Shown here piece by piece: positions 40,001 through 52,992 of a stretch of 64,000 nucleotides of DNA (position 1 is the stretch's first letter; every line of letters begins with the position of its first letter). The stretch is from Callorhinchus milii (lineage: Eukaryota). The stretch spans positions 92,320,001 through 92,384,000 of the forward strand of contig NW_024704742.1 in assembly GCF_018977255.1 (NCBI RefSeq). The letters are read 5' to 3'. The notes under the pieces are model-generated. The model was not told the DNA's origin. It did no database searches and saw nothing but the letters and a program-made list of their open reading frames with translations. The position numbers were made by a program, and so were the translations under genes.

Positions 40001-40295
40001 TGCTGTGTCAATATATTGTGTAAATTCACACTCACTCTGCTAAGACAAACATTGCCCTTGTTAAATGGGTTATTATTGGTGACACAGCAATGCCAGGCAG
40101 TGGAGCTTCAGGGAGCAGTTGGAAGCTGCTTTGGTCTCCTGATACCATGCATCACATAGGCGGTGCTGATTGGAAGCCAGATAGCTTTCTGTGATCGACT
40201 CTCCATTCTTATGGCTCTCCAGGATGCTAACCAAGAGGGCTTTAACTGACACTTCCTTTAATTGACACATCAGATCTCCAGCTGTCCTCTTAAAT

Positions 40296-40860
40296 ACAAC
40301 AACAACAAGATTCCATTTATAAAGTCCCTTTCACGTCAGGAGGACGTCCCAAGGCGCTGCACAGTTGGGTCAGGACCCGAGCAGGGGGAAATGGTCAGGG
40401 TGAGGGGACGGAAGGGAGGGAGCAAGGAGGGGGGAAATGGTCAGAGTGAGGGGAGGGAAGGGAGGGAGCGAGGAGGGGGAAGAGAGTCGAGGGGGGAGCT
40501 GAAGGCTCGGTCAAAGAGAAAGGTTTTGAGACCGGCCTTGAAGGAGGAGAGGGAGGAAGCAAGGCGAAGGCACTGGGGGATGGAGTTCCAGAGCCTGGGG
40601 GCTGAGAGGCTGAAGGCCCGACCACCGATGGTAGGGCGATTGGGGCGGGGGACGTGGAGCAGACCGGAGCCGGAGGAACGGAGGGTACGGCAGGTAGGTA
40701 GGGGGATAGTAGGTCAGAGAGGTAGGAGGGAGCAAGGCCGTGGATGGCCTTATAGGTGAGGATGAGGATCTTGAAATCAATCCTCTGGGGGATGGGGAGC
40801 CAGTGGAGGCGAGCGAGGGTGGGTGTGATGTGGTCCCGAAGCCTGGTGCGGGACAGTACA
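40296..40860 (-). mobile_element. Young L2 3' fragment with a ~46-bp tandem duplication in the 3' UTR
   Basis: Near-identical to 61678-62183. The unit GGGGGAAATGGTCAG..GGAG occurs twice (40384-40474). Confidence 0.93.
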
Positions 40861-42259
40861 CATAGGCCATTTCCGTGACTACTTGTAAAGGGGGAAATGG
40901 GAAAACATGAGGCTAAGAAGTCTCAAATAAAAGGGGAAGTCCCGGGAGGGGGAATCATCATCAGAAGTTTCTTTTGAGGTGCAAGTTAGAGGCTATTGTT
41001 TGGAAAACATCTCAATGGCTCACTGTTGTTGAGACAGAGAAAAAAATACAAAGTCTTTGCAGTTTACAGTATATCTTATGAAACGCTTTGAGATGCCCTC
41101 CCAATGTGAAATGTACCAAATGTAAGGATTATCAATATTATGTGTTGTTTATACGCATAGTGTAGACAGACCCTCCATCAGGAGACCTCTGGTGCTCTTG
41201 TGAGAAACTTCATATATATGAATATTTGGAAACCTTTATTTTAAAAACTCGTGTAGTTGATAACCAGGAACTTTAAATTCATAGTTACTGGTATCCAACA
41301 GTTCCAAAATTCTTGTTATACATTTCAATGACAATCAACATTGTGTAATAGGCATTTTAATTCATGTACAGTATCAAACAATGAGTCATTTGACATGTAC
41401 ATTTTAAAAGTTTGCACATTTTTAAACAAAAAAAAACAAAACCTGTTTGAAGTTTCCAGCTCAAATAACGTATCTGGACTTTTTCCAAGAAAGAGCTTCT
41501 TCATTTCATCTGTCACAAACAAGGTGATGACAAGCTGACAATAACATAAATGTCTGGGTGGGACGATTAATAACAATGGAGTCACAGGCTTTGCCATTTT
41601 GCAGCTTCTATTTATGGCACCATTCAGCATTTTTATTGCAATGCAAGTGATACATATTTTTTGCTGCAAGATACAACATGATTCATTTTTGTCTTATATT
41701 ATTGAGCGTATACTTTGCAGCTGACTTAATGGGGCACTATCTTTATTGGCAGCACTATTTATATTTTGCACCCACAAAATATAGTTCATTCATTTTACAG
41801 TATATTCTGTGAAGCACTTTGAGATGTCTCATTGATGTGGTTAGGCACTATATCCAATGCAAGGATTATTATTTTATTCCTTTATTTACTTGTTTAACAA
41901 AATGTAATAGGATGACAGTCAAAATGCATCCAGTAACTGATCTTTTTTGTGTGTAATGTTATTTTCATTAAAATAATACAACTCATTTTCCTCCCCAGAC
42001 ATAAAAAGTTTACCAAGTACATTATCATGGAGTCTTCACTCCTTTAAAATTGACTTAAGACTGATGAACATCTACTGTTGTGCTTACATGATTTCAAAAA
42101 CAATATCCAGCATTTTCTGTAAGTTTAGAAATGCATTAAATCAGCAATTGGAATAAATTTGAGCTAGTTCTGCGATACAATGGGGAATTATTTGTCACGA
42201 TAAATACTTCAATATATCATATTAAGATGCCACTTCATTATTAATGAACAAGTGATCCT

Positions 42260-42665
42260 GGCTTAGTTGGCAGCACTCTCACCTCTAAATCAGAAGTTTT
42301 TTAAGTTCAAGCTCCAGGTTAGGACAGAGATCATAGTTGAAGCTGACATTCCACTGGCATCGTTGCATATATGGAGGTGACATTCTTTGTATCAGATGGT
42401 AAACAGAGATCCCCTCAGCCTGTTCAAGGGAAATAAAAGATCCCTCAGCACTGTTCAAAAAGGGAAAGGGAGCTTCCACAGGTGTCCCAGTCAACAATCT
42501 CCTAGATTAAAACAAATGGTCACCTCAAAATCCCATCAACATGGCCAAATTGGCTGTCATGTTTGCCTACACAGTCACTACACTTTACATAAAATGCTGT
42601 GAAGGCTTTGAATCACTTTAACATAATAAGTTAATGTACCAAGTACAAGGATTATTATTATTATT
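42260..42665 (+). mobile_element. Deu-domain SINE (degraded)
   Basis: GGCTTAGTTGGCAGCACTCTCACCTCT head, Deu core remnants and tail. Confidence 0.75.
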
Positions 42666-43634
42666 GGTTCCTGTGCTTCTAATACATGCGAAGATATTTA
42701 AATACCAACATGTTAAACAGAGAGTAAAGGTAAAGAATTTCTTCCTCGGAGCCTTTTATTATTTTACCAAACAGCTTTGGTGAAGTTGTCCAGTAAAATG
42801 TTTACACGTACCAACATGCTGTGCTGCAGGGTGGTGGCTGATAAATGAATGCTTGTGCTTCCTTCTACAAAGTAAGCTCCCGATCTCAGCCATGGGTAAA
42901 CAATTAATGGGAATACTGAGCATTACCCCTTACCCCACAGTGAAATTAATAATAATAAAAATTATAATCCTTGGATTTCATATTACAGCAGCTTGCAATT
43001 AAATAGTGTCCCTCACGCAGCGTAGGGTCTCAGAGGTGAGACGTCTCAAAGCACTTCACAGGATATGCTGTAAAGTGGATTGACTGTATTTTGTGGGCGA
43101 AAGGTGGTATCCACAGTTGTGGATTGAGTGATCAATATTTTTTAAAAAATTGAAGGAATATCAACAGAGAGCAATCCACCAATCGACTAACAACTGAGAT
43201 CCTACTTACTGCTAGATAGACTGGGAAACGTCAGTTGTGTTTTTTGTGTTTTCTACCAGTGTCAGCAGAGGCCTGGGAGCAAAATCACCTCCCTCTCTAC
43301 TCATTTAGGGAGTGGTAAACTGTGTGCGTGTAAAGGTTGGAGGTTCACCCCCAAGAGTTATAGAAAAGAAACATGGATGAGAATGAAAATTGAGGCAGTG
43401 GCGGGGGATAGAGAGGATGGGTGCGATGTCTTGTATTGGAGCCTCAATGTGCTATCCCACGCAGTATTGAGACATCACCTCTGAGTCATTATCTTATCTC
43501 CAAATCTGAACCACATCGCTGCAGAGCAGCACCAATCAAGATCCAGGTATTTCCCCACAGAGTCTTCAGGTAAAGTCACTCTTCATTGTAAATTGGTCAA
43601 ATGATTTGACTGTTTGTGGGACGCTGCTGTGTGA

Positions 43635-45275
43635 ACCTGTCTCCCACTGCTATCTCACCACCATTATAACCCGCATGAAACTGACCACCTGCTCCCACGA
43701 CCTCATCCCTACACTTCTCCTTACCTCCCAGCTCCACCTCCTTGCCCCTCTACTCACAGACATCATAAACCTCTCCCTGCCCACTGGTCCCATTCCCACC
43801 CCTTTAAAAATGGCCATCAATACTCCTATCCTCAAAAACCCTCCCTGGACCCAATCCTGCTCTCAAAATACCACCCCATCTCCAACATCCCTTTCTTCTC
43901 CAAAGTCCTGGAACGAGCCATTGTTTCTCAGCTTCACTCCTTCCTCTCCCGCCACTCCCTTCACGAACCCTCCAATTGGGTCTCGGTGTCGTCCACAGCA
44001 CAAAAACTGCTCTGGTCAAAATGACAAATGTCATTCTGTCTACCTGAGACCAGGGCTCCCTTTGCCTCCTCGTCCTCCATGATTTCTCTGCTGCCTTTGA
44101 CTCCGTTTGACCACTCTATCCTCATCCATCGCTTCTCCTCTTCTCTCAACCCTCATGGTACTGCCCTTGAATGGTTCAGAGCGTACCTCTCACACCGCCT
44201 CCATTTTATCTCCACAAACAGTTTCTCCTCGAGCCCCTGCACCATCTTGTGCGGTGTTCCTCAGGGCTCTGTCCTTGATCCCCTCCTCTTCAATATCTAT
44301 ATCCTCCCTCTTGGTGGCATTATCAACAGACATAAAGTCAATTTCCACATGCATGCGGATGACACCCAACTGAACCTCTCTGCCTCCACCTTTGACTCCA
44401 GGACCACTGGTGTCCTGACAGAATGTCTGTCAGACATCAAGTCCTGGATGAGAGCTAACTTTCTTCAATTGAATGTCAACAAGACCGAGGCCCTCCTCAT
44501 CTCAGGCACTGACAGCATCACCATCCATGGATGCACATTCCACCTTACTAAGCCAGTCCGGAACCTTGGGGTCTTGTTTGACCCTCAACTATCCTTCCTA
44601 CCCCACATCCGTGCTATGATCCGCTCTGCCTCCCTCACCTCTGCAAAATTGTTCGGTTCCGCCACTGTCTCACACCGCAGGCCACCGAAACCTCATACAT
44701 GAATTCATAACATCCAGGCTTGACTATGCAAACTCATTGCTTGTCGGCCTCCTCAACTCCTCCCTCCATAGGCTGCATAGATCATTCGGAACTCTGCAGC
44801 TCGTGTCCTCTCCCGCACCAGGCTCCGTGACCCTATCACCCCTATCCTCACCCGACTCCACTGACTTCCCATCACACAGATACAGTTCAAGATCCTGGTC
44901 CTCACTTCAAAGCCCTCCATGGCCTCTCTCCCCCCTACATCTGTGACCTTCTAACCCCCTTACCATCTTGCCCGCGCTCTTCGGCCTGCTTCACGTCCCC
45001 CCTGTCTGCCCCACCATTCGTGGGCAGGCCTTCTGCCACTCTGCACCCACCCTCTGGAACTCCATCCCGTAGTCTGTCCACCTCACCCCCTCTCGTCTCC
45101 TTCAAGACCCATCTCAAGACCCTTCTCGTCGACCGTGCTTTCACCCTTCTTCCCCTGTTGCCCTCCACCCTACCCAATCCCGACCCCCAGCTCGGGTCTG
45201 CAACACTGACTGTCCAGTGCCTTAGGACATCCTCCCGACGTGAAAGATGCTATACAAATGTAATTTTGTTGTTGT
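43635..45275 (+). mobile_element. L2 RT and 3' fragment
   Basis: TTCSHDLIPT, GVPQGSVLDP, FHMHADDTQL, FLQLNVNKTE and the tail. Confidence 0.93.
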
Positions 45276-46044
45276 ATGCGGTCTGTATAAATAAGTCCGT
45301 ACTAGTGAATACAGTGCAATATTTCCAATATCAGAGTTCAATAGGGGCAATTTAATGTGAAAATTTGGCAGCTTTAACTACATTTCTGAATGTGTGATGT
45401 CTAGATTACAATTGAATTCACCTTTTACCAACCTCAAATTCCCATTTCAAACTTTAGCTCAGCAATGCATGAAAATGTACAGTACTTTAAAGAGGAATTC
45501 ATGAAATAGTTGGCCACTTGAAATATACAGTCAATTCACTTCACAGTATATTCTGTGAAGCACTTTGAGATGTCTCAACAACATGATAAGGCGCTATATC
45601 AAATGCAAGGATTATTATTACTGATGGCAATTTTGGATTAAATAGCAAACATTTTGCACTTGAATGAAATCTAATTTTCCAGATCAATGTGCCTCTTGTG
45701 TTACTAAGATGATAAACGGCAAGGGAAAAGGTTTCTGGTAATGGTCTCCTCACTTATGAACAGGCAGACGGGATCTTAACATCTCAAACAAACCTAACAA
45801 TGTGCATACTTGACACAGATCAAGTAATGGGACTAGTTAGAAACAAGAGGGCAATAAATATCTAGCAATTAAGAGCATTAATATTCCAGCCATCCATGCT
45901 GTATTTACAGTCAGCTATAGAAAAGCTATAAAATGTGATACATCCATGAATCATGCGAGCTTAGAATTTTTAAGTTAACATAGTTGGTAAAAGTGGATTT
46001 GAAGCTCAGAGCTTCCACAATAAAATAACTTGTGAATGTATCAC

Positions 46045-46400
46045 CTGGCACTCGTGCCTCTGAGTCAGAACATTGCAGATTCAACTCACTTTGTTGCTGA
46101 CAATCCAGTGCAATGCTGGGGGAGCGCTACATTGTAAGGGTTGCCGTCTTTCAGATAAATCATTCATTTGAGATAATATCTGCCTGTTCATTTGGACATT
46201 AAAGATCCCATGGTACTATTCAAAAGAGAAGGGAGATTCATGGCCAACAATCTTCCACAAAAAATTAATTATTCGCTTCATGGGTATTCGTAAGACAGAG
46301 TCGTGTGCAGATTGGCTGCCGCAAAAGCTAACAACTACAATCACTACACTTTTAGACATTTTAACAAGGACCTACTATATCAAATGCAAGGTTTATTATT
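46045..46400 (+). mobile_element. Deu-domain SINE (degraded)
   Basis: TGCCGTCTTTCAGAT..AAAGATCCCATGGTACTATTCAAAAGAGAAGGGAG. Confidence 0.75.
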
Positions 46401-46450
46401 TCATTTATTATTATCGTTGAATTCTTAATCTGTACCCCAAGTAGAAAAAG

Positions 46451-47236
46451 CAACAACAACAACAACATTACATTTATAGAGCTTCTTTCACGTTGGGAGG
46501 ACGTCCCAAAGCGCTGAACAGTCAGATGTCGGGGCCGAGCATGGGGAAGGGGTGGTATAGGGGTGAGGGAAGGCAGAGAGATGGGAGGGAAACCAAAGGC
46601 ACAATCAAAGAAAAGGGTCTTGAGACCGGCCTTGAAGGATGCAAGGGAGGAAGCGAGGCGAAGAGACCGTGGGATGGAGTTCCTGAGTGTGGGGGCAGAG
46701 TAAGCTGAAAGCCCGGTCACCAATGGTAGGGCGGGTCGGGCGGGAGACATGGAGCAGGCCGGAGCCTGATGAGTGGAGGAACGGGCAGGTTGGTAGGGAG
46801 TCAGCAGGTCAGAGAGGTAGGAGGGGGCAAGGTCATGGATGGACTTAAAGGTGAGGACAAGAATCTTGAACTCGATCCTCTGGGGGATGGGGAGCCAGTG
46901 GAGTGGGGTGAGGGTGGGAGTGATGGGTTCGCGGAGCCTGGTGTGCGAGAGTACACGAGTTGCAGAGTTTTGGATGATCTACAGCTTGTGAAGGGAAGAG
47001 TTGGGAAGGCCGATGAGGAGGGAGTTTCTGTAATCGAGCCTTGATGTGATGAATACGTGGGTGAGGGTTTCGGCAGCCTGAGGGGTGAGGCAGTGGCGGA
47101 GTCTGGCAATGTTGCGGAGGTGGTGCCGGTCATGGTGCAGATGTGGGGGAGAAAGGACAGTTCAGGGTCAAGCAAGACACCCAGGATCCTGACTGGGTTA
47201 GTGAGGTTGAGTGTGCAGCCATGGAGGCTGATGCTG
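46451..47236 (-). mobile_element. L2 3' fragment, same subfamily as 3375-6210, just downstream of TRMO in sense orientation
   Basis: High visual identity to 3375-4155. An 11-bp tandem CTGTGTAGACA sits at its 5' truncation junction. Confidence 0.93.
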
Positions 47237-47512
47237 TGTAGACACTGTGTAGACACTGTGTGGCATTGCTGTTCAATATTCCAAAATAAGAACAATAAGG
47301 ATTAAAATCATTCTATTTGGTTTATATACTCAGATTTAAACTTTGTTTTAAAACTCTGCAGGCACAGTTCCTGTAGAAGTGTGGGATTTGTAGGTATGTC
47401 ACTGCTGATCATACTACTGTTAATGTGGTTCAACTGTCTAGAAAAGGATATATAAACAAATGTAGCCAAGTAGCTTTGCAAAATTCACAAAAAAAAATTG
47501 TATTCAGAATTT

Positions 47513-47742
47513 CTATTCCGTTACAAACTTTTTCTCTTTCACTGGTTTTATCCTCAAAATCTCAGCAAAGGCACCTCCGAACCAGCATGTGATATGGGCA
47601 GAGTCCAAGGTGAAGTAAAAGAGTTGATCCTGGCACTGTTTTCTACGGTACACAGAGCGTGGATCAGCTGACAGTATGGCCATGATGGCAGATCTTGCTT
47701 CCTCTATAGATTGGAAATGTTTCAATGACGTTTTACCGGGAT
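47513..47742 (-). CDS. TRMO: TRMO coding exon 6, terminal (PGKTSLKHFQSIEEARSAIMAILSADPRSVYRRK...CWFGGAFAEILRIKP...TE*)
   Basis: TrmO C-terminal LSADPRSVYRR motif. Acceptor tttgtag|AT in phase 1. Stop TAG at 47515-47513. Confidence 0.95.
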
Positions 47743-47899
47743 CTACAAACAGCCACAGAGATGGTTAAATCTTAGCATTTAAATCTAATAAACACATTAA
47801 ACAGATACTAGATTATATAACATTATAAAGCACAGCATAACATCACCTGAAAAATGGGGTTTCCAATATAAATATAATATAAATATAAAGGGAAACCTG

Positions 47900-48260
47900 G
47901 TGCTTAAAATTCCAACTAAGTTCAGCCTATCAGACCATTTTGGTTTAAAATTGAAGATTTCACAAAGCTGTGGAAAATTCTTAAATTTAGTTGGTAGCTG
48001 GGATTCTTTGCACATGGCTCCTGTTAGTTAATCGCTCAAGCCAAAGCCCTAACACTGGTGCAAGCAGCAGTAAGCTTGCCAATGATTGCAACGTCAAGCC
48101 AGTTTTGTTTGGTTAAACACCAATAATACCTTAATGCTCCTTCTTAAAAAGAATCAAATCCAAACTGAGACTGAATTGAAAAATTTCCACATTTCTGCGC
48201 GACCTGAGCTATTAAGATAAGGCAGGCCTAGAGGTCAAATCTAGGTAGAATTTCAGGCCC
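47900..48260. mobile_element. MITE-like inverted-repeat element in TRMO intron 5
   Basis: Ends GTGCTTAAAATTCCAACTAA and CTAGGTAGAATTTCAGGCCC are imperfect inverted repeats. The internal TGTGGAAAATTCTTAAATTTAGT is shared with 18020-18285. Confidence 0.55.
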
Positions 48261-48304
48261 CTGGACACTGACTGGAAGCAAATAATGACCAGGTTATTAG
48301 TGTG

Positions 48305-48618
48305 GTGGAGTCCTGTAGCTCAGTGGTTAGAGCACTCGCTTTGCAAGCAAGAGACCTGGGTTCGATTCCCAGCAGGGTGAAACCTTGGGCAAGTTTCCTT
48401 ACTCCACACGCCTGATAATAATCCCTCCAAATACAAAACAATAATAAATTGGTCATTTCAATCCATGACCGTTTGTGGGACTCTGCTGTGAGCAATTGCC
48501 TGCCGTATTTCGCCCACAGATATACAATCAATTCACTTTACAGTCTATTCTGTGAAGCGCTTTGAGACGTCTAGAAGACGTGAAAAGCGCTACATCAAAT
48601 ACAAGGTTTATTATTATT
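48305..48618 (+). mobile_element. tRNA(Ala-like)-derived SINE, full length, antisense in TRMO intron 5
   Basis: Intact head with T-arm CTGGG TTCGATT CCCAG. The tail ends ~30 bp from the exon 5 donor. Confidence 0.93.
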
Positions 48619-48647
48619 AATAATAGAATAATAGTGTACCACTGTAC

Positions 48648-49376
48648 CTGCTTTGTCAGGAGCCTGGAACTGCTCCAGATCCTTTTCAGCATAAGGGGTG
48701 AATCGAACGTCTAATGAAGACACGGGAGATTCCTTTACCCATGCTGCGACAGTACTGATACACGGCTCATTACCCAAGTCCTGACCAGCAGAACTCGATG
48801 TCTTGGGCTGGTGCTGATACTGATGGTACATGGTAGTGCCTGCATCCTTCAACTCCATGCTGATAACTTTGCCTCTGTCAGTGGATTCGGTCGCAATATC
48901 ACTGTGGATTAGCTGGTGCCTGATCTTCTCCACAGTTAGGAAGAAGCTTTGGTCAACACCTGCCTCCTTTGTAGCAGCAAACTGATTATCTTTCTCACAC
49001 TTTAGCTCACATCCTAAAGGGATCTCTTCAACTTTGGTGAGGTGTTGATCTTCTCCATGAAGAACTTCACCGCTTCTGTTTGTTATTGAGTGTGTCCCAT
49101 ATATAGGAGGGTTTGGGCCCAATTCAGCAAAACATCCACCTCCAACCTCTGAAGTCCCGTTGGTGTCCACCTGCCCCTCATCAATATATTCTCCAGTTAC
49201 TGGATTTGTAACAGTTTGGAACTGCTCATCTAGCACGATATCTTTATTGAACTGACTGTCTTTTCCATCACTGGAGGCATCACATCTAGGTGTATCATAG
49301 TCTGGAATATATGGCTTAATGTCCAAGACTGGTGTCCCTTCTATCATGTCGATTCCCGAAAGACAAACTGTGTCAC
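48648..49376 (-). CDS. TRMO: TRMO coding exon 5 (DTVCLSGIDMIEGTPVLDIKPYIPDYD, acidic linker, VAAWVKESPVSSLDVRFTPYAEKDLEQF)
   Basis: GIDMIxGTPVLDIKPY motif. Acceptor tttaag|GT and donor GCAG|GTACAG. 729 nt open. Confidence 0.95.
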
Positions 49377-51069
49377 CTTAAAGAGTAAAGGGAAAAATAG
49401 ACACAAAAATATATATGCATACACAACAACAACTCGCATTTTTATAATGCCTTTTACTTACAGCATCATCTTTTGTAGCATCAGATCGTACCTGAAGACT
49501 TAATCTTTGACCTCTTTGGCCTACGGTCATCTCCCATCACTCTCTGGCTCGCGTAAAGCTCTGCCACTGTTAAGTGCTGCGAGATGCTACCTCGTGTGAA
49601 GGGCATTATGCAAACGCAAGTTGTTATTGCTGTTGAAGTGCTTTACTGAGACAGTGGCAGACTTCGAGCAGGGTGGGTAGGGGAGAAGAGAGGTGATCAC
49701 AGATTTTGTTTAAGTGATAAGTTTTGAGGAAGGCTTTAAGGACAGGCAGAGAGGGAGCAATGTGGATGGATTTCGAGAGAGTTCCAGAAAGTACAGGGCA
49801 TGGTAGCTGAAGATTTAACCATTGATAAATATATAGTATAATATACTAATTTGCTGGGGGCAAAGAGGTTGAAAGCTCACCTGCTGATAGCGAAGCAGAG
49901 GAGCAGGAAATGCGAAGCAGAGTTGGCTCAGCAGTGGGAGTAGCTGGGGGAGTAGGGTTGCAGGGTAAATTGAGGCAAGGCCACAGAGGCATTTGAAGGT
50001 GAGGTGAGGATCTTGATATTAATCCTTTGGGGAATAGGGAGCAAGGATGATGGTCTCATGGAGCCTAGTATAGGAGAGAATGTGATGATTTTGTACTCTC
50101 GGAGAGTGGAGTTGGGGAGGCCAGCGAGCACAGAATTTGAAAAGTTGAGTCCAAGAATACGGCAACAAAGAACTGCCCGAGGATGGTCATAGGTACATGA
50201 CAGAAAAGCCATTAAAGGAGATGGAGTGACAACGCTGAGACTAGATTATGAGCTCACGTCCTGGTGAGTTTTAAAAAAAACAAAGTGGGAGCACTTTTAA
50301 ATTAGTGAAATCTTGATCATCTCCCCAACCACACAAATCAGTTCCAGTGCAAAATGATGGAAGTAAGCTAAGAGGAAAGTAAATGCATAAAACTAAGCCA
50401 ATGTTCAGTTACCTTTAAATTCATTTAAAATAACATCTATTTTGATGATAAAGGATTCTGCTTTTGTGCTTGAAAATATTGCCAAGTTAGAGGACCAAAG
50501 AAGAATGAAGGTAATTACCAAATTATGCAGTACCAAAGATATATTGAAAAATGTGACTTGATTTGAAATAGGTTATGGGCCCCCTCACCATAGTAAATTA
50601 CAGAAATATACAGTATAAATCAATAGTATCTTTAGCAGCACCAAACAGCTACTCCACTTCCAGTGACTTAAAGACTTATCTTTAATTTTTATCTTATCTT
50701 ATCTTGTCTCAGATAACAAGCATTCATTCTCAGTTCCACGACATTACCGGGATTCTTGATCAGATGAGTTTTAAAACTTGCTGTCAGCTGTCAACTTCTA
50801 TAACAGAACTCAAAAGCCAATTAGGCAATACAATTTTCAAAGATGAGCAAAACTGCATAGACAGTCAAAGTCTACAGAAGGAATCTGCAATCCATATTCA
50901 ATTTCCTCAAATTATGAGGTAACTACCATCCCTGATACATTCCACCTTAATGCAGAGCAATCATAGCTAAAGTCTAATAGGAGTCTCTGCTCTTTCTCTT
51001 TTTAGGAAACCCTGCTTTTATTCCTGCAAGACATCTCTGTGAAAGGCAACAAGACCAAAGACCTTTTAC

Positions 51070-51227
51070 CTTCAATCCTATCCAGCTTCGCGAGCGTTAA
51101 ACCTATCGCATTGGGACGATGTGGACTTCTTGTAGAAAAGACTCCAGTCTTTAATCCATTGAGCCGAGGTGGTTTAACTTTAGCTTTACAGCTCTGATGT
51201 CCATTCTTGTGAAAAATAAATACAATC
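51070..51227 (-). CDS. TRMO: TRMO coding exon 4 (IVFIFHKNGHQSCKAKVKPPRLNGLKTGVFSTRSPHRPNAIGLTLAKLDRIEG)
   Basis: Hallmark GVFSTRSPHRPN motif of the TsaA/TrmO SAM-binding beta-barrel. Boundaries cacag|G and GAAG|GTAAAA. 158 nt. Confidence 0.97.
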
Positions 51228-51832
51228 CTGTGTGTGTAAAAAAAAACTTTAGGTGTTATCAATTTAGAGATAAAATCAGTTGAATTTTTAAAAACTAGCT
51301 TTTATTCCCATGGTGCAAGGTGCAAAAGTGGCTATGATTGCACATGTGTAAAAACAGCCAGTGTAAAGTTGTTTCCTACACTAATAAAAAAGGAAGACTT
51401 CCATGTCATCGAGTTACTACAATGTCACTTCCCTTTTCCTGCATATCCAAAAAGAGATGTTGCCAGGAAACAGATGACCCAGAAGTTGGGACTTTTTTTT
51501 AAAGCACAGAATGCTAAAATAGCTATCTTCTGGGTCATTTGTTTGCAGCTCATGTCATTTCCTGCTTTGTACGTGTGCATTTAAACAGGAAGTGGCACCA
51601 ATGGTGTCCTACTTAAACAGATTTCAGCCATTTTAGGATGAAAAGCTGACTACATTCACATATCAAATAAACGGAGTGCATTGCAAAAGTGTTATAAGCA
51701 AATTTGTGCGTTTTGCAGGGCATCATTATACACACATGCACACAGATAAATAGTGCAGCATTAGATTTGTTACATTTGTTCATTAAAAATTAAGTCAAAC
51801 AATTTTTTTTTGTACAATTCAAAGCAACTTAC

Positions 51833-52007
51833 CAGACATGTGAAAATTGATCCAAGCCAATGAGCGAGTGCTCTGGATTAGTAAAAACAGCCTTGCTTAT
51901 CTTAAGTCGTGCACGTGATAGACTACAAATGGTCGGTTGTCGAGGTGTGGCATTTTTGACAGAGAAGCATGATTCTAAGAATCCAATAGGTACGGTTCCA
52001 ATATTTC
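51833..52007 (-). CDS. TRMO: TRMO coding exon 3 (GNIGTVPIGFLESCFSVKNATPRQPTICSLSRARLKISKAVFTNPEHSLIGLDQFSHVW)
   Basis: Recognisable TsaA/TrmO N-terminal motifs (PIGxxxSCFxxKNxTPRQP; GLxxFSHVW). Donor TG|GTAAGT. 175 nt. Not in the ORF track on this strand. Confidence 0.95.
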
Positions 52008-52846
52008 CTTTTTTAAAAAAAAGTACACATCACTTGGAAATTACAATTCATAAGACATAAGATTTCAAGAGAAAACTGTAACGTACTCTGGAAAACTGTT
52101 AAATTGGATACGCATGTAAAAGATTATTATTGTTGAACTATCAGGCATCAAATCTGTAAGCAATAGGGAATTTGTGTGATGCCAGAATTGCTTATTTTTG
52201 ACTTCATTGTAATTCATATTTGCATGCATATTTTGTGCTCAGCAGAGGAAAAAAATACCTCCAATACTCTTAGAGAGTAAGGAAAGTCTAGAGGGAGAAT
52301 ATTGTGCTCATTAAAATATACATTTCCCTCATCCTGCACAGCTTGACATTGAAAGTTTTCCAGGCAATGCTTTGCACTGTCTTTGCACAGTGCTTTGGCA
52401 ATGTCAAGCTGTGCAGTTTTAGCTGGTTTAGATAACCAATGCACACTCTGGGGTCCCCAATTCTTGGCTCTCGCCAACGTATGCCTCATACTCTCCGGAA
52501 TTTGGTAAGCAAGAGGTGTCCCTCCAGGGAATTAATGCATATTCCATTCCAATATATATATCTCTGGAATTTCCGTGTATAGCGCAAATGCATGGAATTC
52601 CCAGTTTGGGTGGATACTCTTACGTATGGTGATGGGTCTCTCCATGTGTCAGACACCCAGCTGACCAAAAAAAACAGCCACCGCATGGAGTGAAAGCAAG
52701 AGAGACCTGCAAGGAGAACGCGAGTTTTGGAAGTGGAAGTTTTGTTGCTGTTGTACGCCAATAAGGTCCCAGATTCAACCTCCATTCTATTCTGTCAGCT
52801 GATCTCAACTGAGACAAGTAGAGAGCATAATGTAAAAATGTCACAC

Positions 52847-52992
52847 CTTTTTCCAAACAGAAAGGCATTTCGGCATCTTGATTTCCGGTGGTTGCAGAAT
52901 CCTGGATCTGCTCCCTTTTTATGTCGCTCAGAAAAGAACGTAAGTCATCGATAGATTTTTTGTGTACACGGACAGCTTTGTCAATTTGTTGT
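52847..52992 (-). CDS. TRMO: TRMO coding exon 2 (QQIDKAVRVHKKSIDDLRSFLSDIK...FCLEKG)
   Basis: Acceptor tttccctcag|A and donor AAAG|GTGTGA. 146 nt, open frame, phases 2 to 1, which fit exons 1 and 3. Confidence 0.8.
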
